This document shows, in pieces, positions 28,887-38,906 of a DNA stretch of 64,000 bases. A program made the translations under genes and the position numbers. The notes beneath the pieces were generated by a model that made no database searches, was not told the DNA's origin, and worked only from the letters and a program-made list of their open reading frames with translations. This stretch comes from an uncultured delta proteobacterium (GTDB taxonomy: Bacteria; Myxococcota_A; Polyangia; Polyangiales; JAFGIB01): assembly GCA_963778655.1 (NCBI GenBank), contig CAVZVA010000010.1, positions 1,664,001 to 1,728,000 on the forward strand. The letters run 5' to 3'. Within the stretch, counting starts at the first letter, position 1. The number at the start of each line of letters is the position of its first letter.

Positions 28887-28997
28887 GCGCGATGCTGGCT
28901 TGCGAGCGCACGCTCGTGCTCGACGCGCGCGCGCGCCGGCGGGTGGGAGCGCGGCTGTGGGGCTGGTTTCGAGGTAGGCTCGGCGCGGGAGATTTTC

Positions 28998-30452
28998 ATG
29001 GCGCGTCATGAGCTGGCGGCGGTGGGGCTCGCGTTGTTGGTGGGCTGCGCAGGTGGAGCGAAGAAGGCGACTGGCGACCAGGGCGGGGGCGGCGCGCAAG
29101 CCGGAGGCGCGGCGGCCGCGGGCGCTGGTGCGCCCGCGGGCGCGGGCGGGAGCAGCGGCGGCGCAACCGGCGTGACCGGCAAGGGTGGCGGCATGGGCGG
29201 CAGCGGCGGCGCCGGTGGCGTCGCCGCGGGCAGCGGCGGCGGCACGAGCAGCGGCGGCATGAGCGGCAGCGGGGGCGCCGCGGGGGGCGGCGGCGGCGGT
29301 GCAGGCGGCGGCGGCACGGCGGGCGGCGGCGGCACGGCCGGCAGCGGCGGCGCCGCGACCGGCCAGTGGGTGCTCGGGTACTACGTCGGCTACCAGACGA
29401 AGCTGCATCCGATCGCCCAGATCGACTGGAGCGCGTGGACGCACGTCGCCTTCGCGCCGCTGCTGGTCAAGGCCGACCACACCCTCGATTTCAACTTCGA
29501 CGACGACAACGGCGCGGGCGAGGCCGACGCCAAGGCGCTCTCCGCAGCTGCGCACGCGCACGGGGTCAAGGCGCTGCTGATGCTCGGCGGCTCGGGCGCG
29601 GGCGGCAACATCGCGGCGGCGGCGAGCCCGGCGAATCTCTCGGCCTTCGTGACCACCTTGCTCGACGGGCTCGATACGCTGGGCTACGACGGCATCGATC
29701 TCGACTGGGAGGACAGCGTCAACCTCGACGACCTGGTGGCGTTGGCGCAGGCGCTGCGCGCGGCCCGGCCGGAGATCGTGCTGTCGTATCCGGGCGGCGC
29801 GATCAACGCCAACATCAGCGCCAGCGTGGATGCGCGTCTGGTCACGCTGGCCGAGTCGCTCGATCGCTTCAACGTGCAGAGCTACTACCCGAGCACGGCC
29901 TATGCCGGCAGCGGCTGGAGCTCGTGGTTCAGCAGCCCGTTGAGCGGGGCCGCGGGCGGCACGCCGGTCGCGATCGACGACACGCTGCAGCGCCTGGCGC
30001 AGGCCGGGATTCCCAAGAGCAAGCTGGGCATGGGCATCGCCTTCTACGCCATCTGCTACACCGGCGGCATCACCGGACCGCGGCAGCCGACCGACGGCAG
30101 CAGCCAGCGCATCGTTGGCGGCGACAACGCGTATCCGCTGAGCAAGCTGTTCGCGGCCGGCGGTACCTTCGATGGCAGCAGCGCCGGCGAGCGCAAAGTC
30201 GACGACGTGGCCAAGGTGCCGTACCTGTCGCTCAGCTCGGCGGTCAACGACTCGGGCTGCGGCGAGAGCACCCAGTACATCACGTACGATGACGAGACCT
30301 CGATCCTGGCCAAGGGCGCGTTCTCCAAGAGCAACGGCTACGGCGGCATCATCGTGTGGACGATCCAGCAGGGCTGGCTGTCCTCCGGCGCCGCCGGCGG
30401 CCGCGCCCAGAACGCGCTGATGCAAGCGCTCAAGCAGGGCTTCCTCGAGTAG
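28998..30452 (+). CDS. GH18 glycoside hydrolase lipoprotein
   Basis: LVGC lipobox, Gly-rich linker, intact DGIDLDWE (DxDxE) catalytic motif. Confidence 0.9.
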   Translation: MARHELAAVGLALLVGCAGGAKKATGDQGGGGAQAGGAAAAGAGAPAGAGGSSGGATGVTGKGGGMGGSGGAGGVAAGSGGGTSSGGMSGSGGAAGGGGGGAGGGGTAGGGGTAGSGGAATGQWVLGYYVGYQTKLHPIAQIDWSAWTHVAFAPLLVKADHTLDFNFDDDNGAGEADAKALSAAAHAHGVKALLMLGGSGAGGNIAAAASPANLSAFVTTLLDGLDTLGYDGIDLDWEDSVNLDDLVALAQALRAARPEIVLSYPGGAINANISASVDARLVTLAESLDRFNVQSYYPSTAYAGSGWSSWFSSPLSGAAGGTPVAIDDTLQRLAQAGIPKSKLGMGIAFYAICYTGGITGPRQPTDGSSQRIVGGDNAYPLSKLFAAGGTFDGSSAGERKVDDVAKVPYLSLSSAVNDSGCGESTQYITYDDETSILAKGAFSKSNGYGGIIVWTIQQGWLSSGAAGGRAQNALMQALKQGFLE

Positions 30453-30611
30453 GGGCCGTTTCTGACCCTGGCGGAGCCGAGCCCGCTTGCGCTTGGCGTG
30501 GCTCCACGCCCCCGCGCAGGTCCCCGAACCGGCAAGCCGCCGGCGTGCGCCAGACCGGCAAAGCGACCGCACCGGCTCGGCTCGGTGCGCCCCTCCGGGT
30601 AATCGACCGAC

Positions 30612-31571
30612 CTACCGCTCGCCCAGCTTGATCGTGGCGCTCACCAAGTGGTGCACGATTTCTGGCTCGAACGCCGAGTGGCCCGCGGTGGCGGCGATGC
30701 GCAGCTCGGCCTCGGGCCAAGCCCGGTGCAGGGCCCACGCGGTCTCGATCGGGCACACCATGTCGTAGCGTCCCTGCACGACCACGGTCGGAATGCGGCG
30801 GATGCGATCCACGCCGCGCAACAGTTGATCCTCGCGCTCGAAGAAGCCGCGGTTGACGAAGTAGTGGCACTCGATGCGGGCGAAGGCCAGGGCGAACTCG
30901 TCGCGGCCCATCGAGCTCTGCATCGCGGGATTGGGCCGCATGGTGCTGGTGGCCGCCTCCCACAGGCTCCAGGCCTTGGCTGCCCGCAGTCGCTCGGCCG
31001 GGTCTGCGCCGGTCAGGCGCCTGTGATAGGCATGCAGCAAATCGGCGCGCTCGTGCTCCGGAATCGGCGCGAGGTAGCTCTCCCACGCGTCCGGGAAGAT
31101 GCGGCTGGCGCCTTCCTGATAGAACCAGTCGATCTCGCGCCTGCGCAGCAGAAAGATCCCCCGCAGCACCAGCTCGGTCACCGCCTCCGGGTGGGCCTGC
31201 GCGTAGGCCAGGGCCAGCGTGCTGCCCCACGAGCCGCCGAACACCTGCCAGCGCGTGATGCGTAGATGCTGGCGCAGCTTCTCCATGTCGGCCACCAGGT
31301 GCCAGGTGGTGTTGGCTTCCAGCGACGCGTGCGGGGTGCTCTTGCCGCAGCCGCGCTGATCGAACAGCACCACCCGATACACGGCGGGGTCCCAGAAGCG
31401 GCTCTGGATGCGGCTGCTGCCGCCGCCCGGACCGCCATGCACGAACAGCGCGGGCTTGCCGGCGGGGTTGCCGTACTGCTCGTAGTAGATCTCGTGGGGC
31501 GGGTCGACGGCGAGCCGTCCGCTGTCGAAGGGCTCGAGCTCCGGGAACAGCGTGTGCGGCGTGTCGTCCAT
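30612..31571 (-). CDS. pip: Proline iminopeptidase
   Basis: HGGPGGG, DQRGCGKS, GGSWG and AGHS motifs. Confidence 0.95.
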   Translation of the reverse strand: MDDTPHTLFPELEPFDSGRLAVDPPHEIYYEQYGNPAGKPALFVHGGPGGGSSRIQSRFWDPAVYRVVLFDQRGCGKSTPHASLEANTTWHLVADMEKLRQHLRITRWQVFGGSWGSTLALAYAQAHPEAVTELVLRGIFLLRRREIDWFYQEGASRIFPDAWESYLAPIPEHERADLLHAYHRRLTGADPAERLRAAKAWSLWEAATSTMRPNPAMQSSMGRDEFALAFARIECHYFVNRGFFEREDQLLRGVDRIRRIPTVVVQGRYDMVCPIETAWALHRAWPEAELRIAATAGHSAFEPEIVHHLVSATIKLGER

Positions 31572-31610
31572 GAGGAAGGTCAGCTTAGCGCATGGCGGCC
31601 CGCGCGCGCG

Positions 31611-32216
31611 CTACAATCCTTCCAGGGCGTACAGCACCGCGTCCGAATCGCGGTGCAGGAACAGCCCGCCGCCGCAGGCGCGGAAGGCGCCGCGCAGGTG
31701 CCGCCTGTAAAAGGCGGCGCTGCGCAGGTGGACGCGGCCGTCGCTGGCGCGGCGGTCGCAGGCGTCGCGCCAGTCCTCCGCGGTGAGGGCCTCGAGGTAG
31801 AGCGCCCCGCGGCAGATCCGGCTCAGGTTGTCGAGCGCCGCGCGCGCCTGCCCGGCGTCCAGGTACTGCAGCACGCCCTGGCAGATCACCAGATCGAAGC
31901 GACCCCGCGGCCGATAGTCCACCACCGAGGCCTGCGTCCAACCCAGCTCCCGGCACAGGTAGTCGCTGACCTCAATGCCGGTGTAGCGCGCGTGCGGATA
32001 GTGCTCGGCGATCACCCGGCGCCAGTGGCCGAGGCCGCAGCCCGCGTCCAGCACCCGGCGCACGGGCTGGCCGAGATGGGCCAGGTAGCTGCACACGAAA
32101 CGCCCCAGCCGTGCGACGTCCGCCGGGCTGCTCACGCGCGTGCGCCGATTGCGGTAGAAGCGGTCGTAGTAGCGCCGGTCGAAGCGCTGCTCGGGCGGCT
32201 GCGGGCTCCGGCTCAC
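31611..32216 (-). CDS. Class I SAM-dependent methyltransferase
   Basis: VLDAGCGLG and FDLVIC motifs. Confidence 0.85.
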   Translation of the reverse strand: MSRSPQPPEQRFDRRYYDRFYRNRRTRVSSPADVARLGRFVCSYLAHLGQPVRRVLDAGCGLGHWRRVIAEHYPHARYTGIEVSDYLCRELGWTQASVVDYRPRGRFDLVICQGVLQYLDAGQARAALDNLSRICRGALYLEALTAEDWRDACDRRASDGRVHLRSAAFYRRHLRGAFRACGGGLFLHRDSDAVLYALEGL

Positions 32217-32217
32217 G

Positions 32218-32634
32218 CTACTCGCCCACCACGGTGACGCTGATCCGGCGCGTGTGCGGGGCCAGGCGGTGCTCCCAGACGTACACGCCCTGCCAGGTGC
32301 CGAGGTCGCAGCGCCCGGCGCGCACCGGGATCCCGAGCGAGGTCTGGGTGAGCGCGCTGCGCACGTGCGAGGGCATGTCGTCGGGCCCCTCGGCGGTGTG
32401 GCGGAACAACGGGTCGCCGTCCGGGCACAGCCGGGCCATGAACGCGTCGAGGTCGCTGTGCACGGCCGGGTCGGCGTTCTCGCTGATCAGCAGCGAGGCG
32501 CTGGTGTGGTGGATGAAGACGGTGCACAGGCCGCGGCCCACCGCGGCGGCGCCCACGATGCGTTGCACCGACTCGGTGACGTCATAGGTGCCGCGGCCTT
32601 TGGTGCGCAGCTCGATCTGGTCGCTGTGGAACAT
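32218..32634 (-). CDS. yjbQ: YjbQ family protein
   Basis: HTSASL, ENADP, HTAEGPDDMPSH and LGTWQG. Confidence 0.92.
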   Translation of the reverse strand: MFHSDQIELRTKGRGTYDVTESVQRIVGAAAVGRGLCTVFIHHTSASLLISENADPAVHSDLDAFMARLCPDGDPLFRHTAEGPDDMPSHVRSALTQTSLGIPVRAGRCDLGTWQGVYVWEHRLAPHTRRISVTVVGE

Positions 32635-32641
32635 CGCCGCT

Positions 32642-33295
32642 CTATACTCCATGGGCGTCTGCGCCCCAGATGTATTTGTGGAGTTGCAGCTGCACGCGCA
32701 CCGGCAGCTCGTCCCGCAGCACCCAGTCGACCAGCTGTCGCGGATCGAGCACGCCGTGCACGCACGACAGCAGCAGCTCGCAGGCGCGCTCGGCCAGCCG
32801 CTCGCGCGCGATCAGCTCGCGCGCCCACTCGTAGTCGGCGCGGTCACGCAGAACCAGCTTGAGCTGATCTCGGACGCCGAGCAGCGTCAGGTTCTGCCAC
32901 CGGTTGCGCGCGTGCTCGCCGCTGCCCGGCGCCTTGAGGTCCACGATCCGGTGCACGCGCGCGTCCACCGTGGAGATGTCGCGCTCGCCGCTGGTCTCGA
33001 GCAGGACCGTCTTGCCGGCGTCGCACAGCGCGCTCATCAGCGGTAGCACGGCCGGCTGCAGCAGCGGCTCGCCGCCGGTCACCAGCACCAACTGCGTGTG
33101 CAGGGCGAGCGCCCGCTCCAGAACCTGCGCGCGGCTCAGCCGGGTGCCGCCGTGGAACGCTGCCTCCGTGTCGCACCAGCTACAGCGCAGGTTGCAGCCG
33201 GTCAGGCGCACCAGCGTGCAGGGCAGCCCCGCGAAGCTCGATTCGCCTTGAATCGAGCGATAAATCTCGTGGATGACGAGGGTGTCGGAAGCCAT
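32642..33295 (-). CDS. queE: 7-carboxy-7-deazaguanine synthase (radical SAM)
   Basis: SIQGE, RLTGCNLRCSWCDT, TGGEPLLQ and QLHKYIW. Confidence 0.92.
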   Translation of the reverse strand: MASDTLVIHEIYRSIQGESSFAGLPCTLVRLTGCNLRCSWCDTEAAFHGGTRLSRAQVLERALALHTQLVLVTGGEPLLQPAVLPLMSALCDAGKTVLLETSGERDISTVDARVHRIVDLKAPGSGEHARNRWQNLTLLGVRDQLKLVLRDRADYEWARELIARERLAERACELLLSCVHGVLDPRQLVDWVLRDELPVRVQLQLHKYIWGADAHGV

Positions 33296-33372
33296 CTGCG
33301 CGCGCGCCGAGCAAGGCCGTGCCCGGCGCGCCGTAGCCTACACCGAGAGCCGGCCCTCCGCCCGCGCTGCGC

Positions 33373-33828
33373 TCACAGCCGCCACAGCATCAGGACCAGC
33401 AGCACCACGAACAGCAGGTGCGAGATGCCGGAGAACGCGCTCAGTCGCCGCACCAGGCGCTGCGCCGGCTCGAGCGGCCCTTCGCCCGCGACGATCGCGC
33501 TCACGCGCAGCAGTGTGCTGCGCAGCGCGCCGGGCCCGACCGCCAGCCAGATCAAGCCGAGCAGCAGCGCCACGTGGTAGCGCACCGGCAGGCTTCCGAA
33601 GCCGCCGGGCCTGACGAACATCAGCGCGATGCCCAACACCACCACCAGCCCGCCCCAGGCGCCCACGATCTTGGCTTGACGCATGAGCGAGGCGAGCCGC
33701 CGTCGTGCCTCGGGGCGTTCGCTGGCCAATGCTTCGCGCAGCCAGCGCGGCATGAAGGCCGCACCTCCGAACCAGAGCATCGCGCCCATGACGTGCAGCA
33801 CGAGCAAGATCTGGAACAGCACGAGCAT
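33373..33828 (-). CDS. Small membrane protein (DUF2269-like)
   Basis: Four TM helices, LHVMGAMLWFG motif. Confidence 0.7.
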   Translation of the reverse strand: MLVLFQILLVLHVMGAMLWFGGAAFMPRWLREALASERPEARRRLASLMRQAKIVGAWGGLVVVLGIALMFVRPGGFGSLPVRYHVALLLGLIWLAVGPGALRSTLLRVSAIVAGEGPLEPAQRLVRRLSAFSGISHLLFVVLLVLMLWRL

Positions 33829-33882
33829 GACCGCGCCGACTATCGGCGATTTGCCGCGGCGCTACAAGCCGGCTGGCGTGCT

Positions 33883-34815
33883 CTACGCCGGCACCGGCGC
33901 GAGCCCCAGCGCTTCGAGGTCTTGCCGCGCGCGGCGGCTGGCTCTGCGCTGCCACAGCACCACGACGGCGAAGACCACGTTGCACGCGACCAGCCGCAGC
34001 CAGAAGTAGACCTCCAGATGGTCGAACATCGCGCAGATCGCCATCAGGTAGGAGTGCGGCGCGAGCGAGATCGCCGACCACAGCTTGACCGGGCCGCGGT
34101 TGTGCCGGCGGTAGGATTCGGCCGAGGCTTCCGAGACCTGAAAGCGTAGGTGCTCGCGGCTGCCCCACGGGTCGAGCAACGGCACCAGTTTGGTCTGCAG
34201 CCGAATCACGTCGCCGTACAAGCGAGTCGCGAGCACGGCCGTCCACCCCGCGCCTTCGGCCTTGACGCGCGCCAGCCGCGCCTCGACCTCGGCCAGACGC
34301 TCGGGCTGGCCGTTCCAGCTCGGGTTGGTCTGCTGCATGTACGACTCCTTGTAGAAGTCGTAGATGTAGATATGCACGATGGCCGAGGCGATCGCGACCG
34401 GCGCGAGCGCCAGCACCAGCACGTCGTGGTGCAGCACCCACAGGTGATAGAACGCCGGCAGCACGGTGCCGAAGCCCACCACCGCGTCCGCGCTGCCGTC
34501 GATGGCGCGGCCGAGGTCGCTGCCGCTGCGCTGCGCGCGCGCCAGGATGCCATCGGCCCCGTCCAGGATCGCGCTGGCCCAGAGCAGCGCGCCGCCCCAG
34601 ATCATCAGCGCAGGCGCGCCCACGATGAAGCAGGCGCCGGCGGCCAGGCCCACCACCGTGGCGACCAGCGTGATCTGGTTGGGCGTGACCGGGCTGCGGT
34701 AGATCAGCGCGACCAGCCCATAGGCCAGCGGCCGGTGCAGCCACAGGTTGACCGGATCCTCCACGTCGCGCGACTTGAGCAGCGACTCGAACGCTGGGAG
34801 CTTCGGCGTCGACAT
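33883..34815 (-). CDS. CDP-alcohol phosphatidyltransferase family protein
   Basis: TPNQIT and DGADGILAR...SDLGRAIDGSAD signature. Confidence 0.92.
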   Translation of the reverse strand: MSTPKLPAFESLLKSRDVEDPVNLWLHRPLAYGLVALIYRSPVTPNQITLVATVVGLAAGACFIVGAPALMIWGGALLWASAILDGADGILARAQRSGSDLGRAIDGSADAVVGFGTVLPAFYHLWVLHHDVLVLALAPVAIASAIVHIYIYDFYKESYMQQTNPSWNGQPERLAEVEARLARVKAEGAGWTAVLATRLYGDVIRLQTKLVPLLDPWGSREHLRFQVSEASAESYRRHNRGPVKLWSAISLAPHSYLMAICAMFDHLEVYFWLRLVACNVVFAVVVLWQRRASRRARQDLEALGLAPVPA

Positions 34816-34905
34816 CCGCGGGTCCGGCTGGGCCTCTTAGCACCTTTGGCGCGGCGGAGAAAGCGTGCTATTTGAAGCGCGCCAGAAAGGTCCAAGGAGC
34901 AGCCG

Positions 34906-35898
34906 ATGTACCTGCCCAAGAACCCGCTTGCGGCGCTGCACAGGGGAGCTTCTGCGCTGCTCGCGCCGGCCACGCCGCTGCTGGCGCAGATGGTGGTGAT
35001 TCGCCGCTGCAACCTGAGCTGCGGCTACTGCAACGAGTACGACGACTACTCCGATCCGCTGGCGCTGGTCGAGCTCTACCGTCGCATCGATCACCTCGCC
35101 TCGCTCGGCACCGTCACCGTCACCCTGACCGGCGGCGAGCCGCTGCTGCACCCGGAGCTCGACAAGCTGGTCGCGCGCGTGGTCAGCCACGGCATGGTGT
35201 GCACCACCATCACCAACGGCTATCCGGTGACGCGGCGTTGGATCGAGCGGCTCAACCAGGCCGGGCTGTCGTGGGTGCAGATCTCGATCGACAACCTGCA
35301 GCCCAACGACGTCTCACAGAAGTCGCTCTCCAAGATCAAGCACAAGCTCGAGTTGCTGCGCGAGCACGCGCGCTTCGGCGTCAACGTCAACGCCGTGCTC
35401 GGCTCGTGCGCGCCCGAGGACACGCGCACCCTGGTGCGCGAGGTCGAGCAGCTCGGGCTGTACATGACGGTCGGGCTGATGCACGACGGCAACGGTCAGC
35501 TCGACGCGGGCCTGGCCGGCGACACGCTGGCCGCGCTCTACGGCGAGCTGCGTGCGCACAGCAACAAGACCGTCTTCCACCTGGCCGGCGAGGGCTGGGA
35601 GCGGGAGATGATCCGCGACGGCGTCTCGCCCTGGAAGTGCCGGGCGGGCGGGCGCTACCTCTACGTGGACGAGCACGGCAAGGTCTCGTATTGCAGCCAG
35701 CGCCGGGGCGACCCCGGGATCGACCTGCTCGCGTACGGCAAACCCGAGCTGCGCGCGGCCTTCGACGCCAAGAAGGGCTGCGAGGCAGCGTGCACGATCG
35801 CCTGCGTGCGCCGCGCCTCCTCGCTCGACGGCTGGCGCGCGCAGCCCGGCTCGGCCGAGCCGCCCGAGCGCCGCGCCTCGCTGCCCGTGGTCTCCTGA
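34906..35898 (+). CDS. Radical SAM protein with C-terminal auxiliary Cys cluster
   Basis: CNLSCGYC, TGGEPLL and CRAGG...YC...CTIAC. Confidence 0.9.
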   Translation: MYLPKNPLAALHRGASALLAPATPLLAQMVVIRRCNLSCGYCNEYDDYSDPLALVELYRRIDHLASLGTVTVTLTGGEPLLHPELDKLVARVVSHGMVCTTITNGYPVTRRWIERLNQAGLSWVQISIDNLQPNDVSQKSLSKIKHKLELLREHARFGVNVNAVLGSCAPEDTRTLVREVEQLGLYMTVGLMHDGNGQLDAGLAGDTLAALYGELRAHSNKTVFHLAGEGWEREMIRDGVSPWKCRAGGRYLYVDEHGKVSYCSQRRGDPGIDLLAYGKPELRAAFDAKKGCEAACTIACVRRASSLDGWRAQPGSAEPPERRASLPVVS

Positions 35899-35948
35899 GC
35901 GCGCTCCCCTTGCGGCGTACCGGGGCCCGTGTATCTTCGTCGCCGTCT

Positions 35949-36038
35949 GGAGGAGTGGCCGAGTGGTCGAAGGCGGCGGACTTGAAATCCGTTGAATCCG
36001 CGAGGATTCCAGGGGTTCGAATCCCTTCTCCTCCGCCA
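35949..36038 (+). tRNA. tRNA-Ser (anticodon TGA)
   Basis: GGAGGAG/CTCCTCC acceptor stem, CT-TGA-AA loop, long variable arm, GGTTCGAATCC, encoded CCA. Confidence 0.97.
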
Positions 36039-36490
36039 TGAAATCACATCATTTTCTGGAATGCGCAGCGGCGAAGAACGGTGTTGGGGGGTCGCTGTAT
36101 GGACAGTTTTCTTGGACAGCTTCGCGATCGGCCGTCACTGCCTTGGGACTGAAGCACGAACGCGAGACGAGGCGCACGGCGTCTGAGCGAGGTTCTGTGC
36201 CCGGAGCGCACCACGCACCCGAATCTTGGCGCTCGGCAAACCGGGAGGCGCGCCCGCAGCCACGAGCAGACATCGACGGCGGCGCGGTGACCAGTGCTTC
36301 ATGGGCTTCCCATTCTGCGGCAAGCCGAATGCGGTCGCGCCGCTCGACGAGCAGTTAGACCAATGCGCTAGGTTGATCGCGCGCCCGGGGTCGCCAAGGG
36401 GGCCCGCCATGGAGGCTGGCAGCGGGAGGACCCCCCCCGCGCGGAACGGCAGGCCGCGGCCCGGGCCGCATTCTCGAGGCGAATGCACCC

Positions 36491-36530
36491 TTGAATAGCG
36501 GGCTCATTTGAGCTATATTATTTGCGCAAA
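36491..36530 (+). promoter_or_regulatory. sigma70 promoter with palindromic operator candidates for the Xre-RES TA operon
   Basis: TTGAAT-N17-TATATT; palindromes gctcatttgagc and tttgcgcaaa. Confidence 0.65.
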
Positions 36531-36539
36531 GGAGCACGC

Positions 36540-37052
36540 ATGAAAGCCAAGGATGTCGGCACAGCGAATCACGAACTCAACGTCGTCCAGCCGGTCAAGG
36601 TGGATCTCGAGGGCGCGATCCGCTCGGGCCGTTACCAACAGGTGCGTGTTGCGAACATCGCGGTGCGCGTCGAGGCGATTCGACGCGGTCTCACCGCCTA
36701 CGTGGTCACGAAGCTCGCCGACGATATGTCGATTCCGCGGGAGCGCCTCTACGTGACGCTCGGGCTACCCCGCGCTACCGTCGTTCGCAAGATCAAGGTC
36801 GGTGCGCGAATGGATGCTGACGACTCGGAGCGCGTCTTGGGCCTCGCCGATCTGATTGGCCAGGTCGAGGAGATGGTCGCGCGCTCCGGAGACCCGAAGG
36901 GCTTCGACGCGGCCGAGTGGGTTGCGCAGTGGCTCGAGCAACCGGTAGCGGCACTTGGCAACAAGCGACCCGCTGAGTGGATGGACACTTCGGTCGGCCA
37001 GCGTCTTGTTTCGGAGACGCTCGCGCGAATGGAGAGCGGAACGTACGCATGA
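36540..37052 (+). CDS. Xre/MbcA/ParS-type antitoxin
   Basis: HTH region, DSERVLGL and WLEQPVAALGNKRP motifs. Confidence 0.9.
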   Translation: MKAKDVGTANHELNVVQPVKVDLEGAIRSGRYQQVRVANIAVRVEAIRRGLTAYVVTKLADDMSIPRERLYVTLGLPRATVVRKIKVGARMDADDSERVLGLADLIGQVEEMVARSGDPKGFDAAEWVAQWLEQPVAALGNKRPAEWMDTSVGQRLVSETLARMESGTYA

Positions 37053-37525
37053 CGATGTCGCTCTGGCGAATCGCCACGGACACTCCGAACTACGGTGCCG
37101 ACGACTTGACGGGAAAAGGTGCCGAGCTGACAGGTGGTCGATGGAACCGCAAGGGCACACCGGCGCTGTACACCTCAACCAACATCTCGCTCGCATGTTT
37201 GGAGACGCTCGTGCACTTCGGCGCCGCAAGCCTGCCGCTGAATCGCTATCTCGTGGAGATCAGGGTTCCGGATACGGTCTGGGCTGCACGCGAGGTCCAC
37301 TCCACGTCGTCCCTTGCAGTCGGCTGGGATGCGGTCCCCGCGGGGCTCGTGTCGATCGATCTGGGTGATGCCTGGCTTGCTTCGAAGCGCTCAGCTCTGC
37401 TCGAGATTCCTTCCATCATCGTGCCGGAAGAGAACAACGTCCTCATCAACCCGCGGTACACCTTGAGCGCGCCGATTGTCGCCGTGAAGCGGCGACGCTG
37501 GGTCTACGACGCTCGTCTCCGTTGA
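37049..37525 (+). CDS. RES-domain toxin (NAD+-consuming family)
   Basis: GGRWN, LYTS, LETLVH, IPSIIVP and NVLINP; ATGA overlap with the antitoxin gene. Confidence 0.93.
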   Translation: MTMSLWRIATDTPNYGADDLTGKGAELTGGRWNRKGTPALYTSTNISLACLETLVHFGAASLPLNRYLVEIRVPDTVWAAREVHSTSSLAVGWDAVPAGLVSIDLGDAWLASKRSALLEIPSIIVPEENNVLINPRYTLSAPIVAVKRRRWVYDARLR

Positions 37526-37611
37526 CGGTTGTGTCGAAGAGCGAATCCGAATGCTGACGATGGGGACCCCCTCCCGCTGGACTCTGGGCGCTTGGATTTC
37601 CGCGCGATGCG

Positions 37612-37724
37612 CGCAGGTTAGGGCTTCGTCCGCGCGCGAGGCACGTAGCCCCGCGAGATCCGGCAAGTGAGCAATGCGGCTTGGCTCCGGCGGCGGAGCC
37701 GCGACTGGCGCCGCTTGCTCGCTA
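37612..37724 (-). pseudogene. Frameshifted duplicate of the 3' end of the xis-like gene
   Basis: About 85% identical by eye to 38901-39012, with a 1-nt indel. Confidence 0.75.
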
Positions 37725-37850
37725 ACCCGGTAGAGGGCCAGCACGGGGACCCTTCAGGACCATCGGAGTATCGGCACGCGGAGACACAATTCAGCAGCGC
37801 GGCGGTCCCGATCGAATTGGAGACGACGCCGTTCAGCTCGGGCGCCAGTC

Positions 37851-38591
37851 CTACCAAGTCCCGTGCCCGGCTTTGGAAAGGAAGGCGGTCAGCTGCGTCG
37901 ATGAGAAGTCGTATCGCTTCGTCCCCTTCGACAACTGCTTGGTGGGCGTCGTTGGCGGAGTCGGAGTGGCTCCCCGCGTGAGGTGCACGAAGGTCAGCCC
38001 GCGCCCCAGCAGGCCCGCGGTTTCGATGGCCGCCCTGAAGTCGCGGAAGAGCCAGTCCGGATGGACCTTGACCAAGACGTCCCCGTTCGGTTCGACGTGA
38101 TATCCGAGGTGCTCCGGGGGTCGACCCACGACGGCGTCGATCTCCGGACAGCCGTACGCAGCCCCCACGAGCTGTGTGTGCAGGTCCTTCGAGTCATTGA
38201 GGCCCACGAGAATCTGCTGGTACTGGTGCGCCTGGCCGTGCCTGATCATGTCGTAGAGCGCCCAGAGCAACTGGGCCTCGGCCTGACCGTTGGCGGTCTC
38301 GTACGGCAAGTCGAAATCCTTCGGTCGGGCGCACGGCCCAGGCAGCAGTGTGAAGTATTTGGGGTCGATGCTGCCGAGCGCTGTCGACACATCCCTGAGT
38401 GCGCCGCCGCTCTTGTCATTGACGCAGAGGCGTGCCGCCCATTCGAGCAGCGTCATGGCGAGCCAGCCGAACATGAAGTTGCCACGTCCCGTCACCGCAT
38501 TATCCGGTAGCCGAACGAGCGCCCTCCATGCGCTCTCAAAATCGTGTGTAATGAACTCGTAGGTCGTCTTCGGATCCAGGTTCTGGGCCAA
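37851..38591 (-). CDS. Hypothetical protein with RxxxxH (HEPN-like) motif
   Basis: 246 aa, largely helical, LYDMIRHGQAH; TTG start. Confidence 0.7.
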   Translation of the reverse strand: MAQNLDPKTTYEFITHDFESAWRALVRLPDNAVTGRGNFMFGWLAMTLLEWAARLCVNDKSGGALRDVSTALGSIDPKYFTLLPGPCARPKDFDLPYETANGQAEAQLLWALYDMIRHGQAHQYQQILVGLNDSKDLHTQLVGAAYGCPEIDAVVGRPPEHLGYHVEPNGDVLVKVHPDWLFRDFRAAIETAGLLGRGLTFVHLTRGATPTPPTTPTKQLSKGTKRYDFSSTQLTAFLSKAGHGTW

Positions 38592-38906
38592 CGTCCAGCC
38601 TACCAGTTGCGGTGTTGCTTTCCTCGTCCGTCAGCACGGCGGTTCACGATTCGCCGCCCGAGTCGATCATGAAGCGGGCAGCTCGCTGGCGCAGCGTCCT
38701 CGAAGTCGTCCCCTCGTCCCCAGCAAGGCGCGACGCTTCGCGTAGACGAACTCGCGGAGCCGCTCCTCAAGTACCGGTGGACATGTCGAGCGGGAAGTGA
38801 GTGGCGAGCGCGGGCGGGGCGATGGTCGGGCTTCTGCGAAAAATCATCCGCGCGCCATATTGTTGCGGGCCTGGCCTAACAACCTATGACCGGCCAGCTT
38901 CGCAGG

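Noticed and set aside
31611..33295. queE plus methyltransferase as a 7-deazaguanine DNA-modification (dpd) system
   Set aside because: No dpdA/tgt, queC or queD nearby; housekeeping context.
35949..36038. tRNA-Sec
   Set aside because: The anticodon is TGA (Ser), not TCA, and the acceptor stem is the normal 7 bp.
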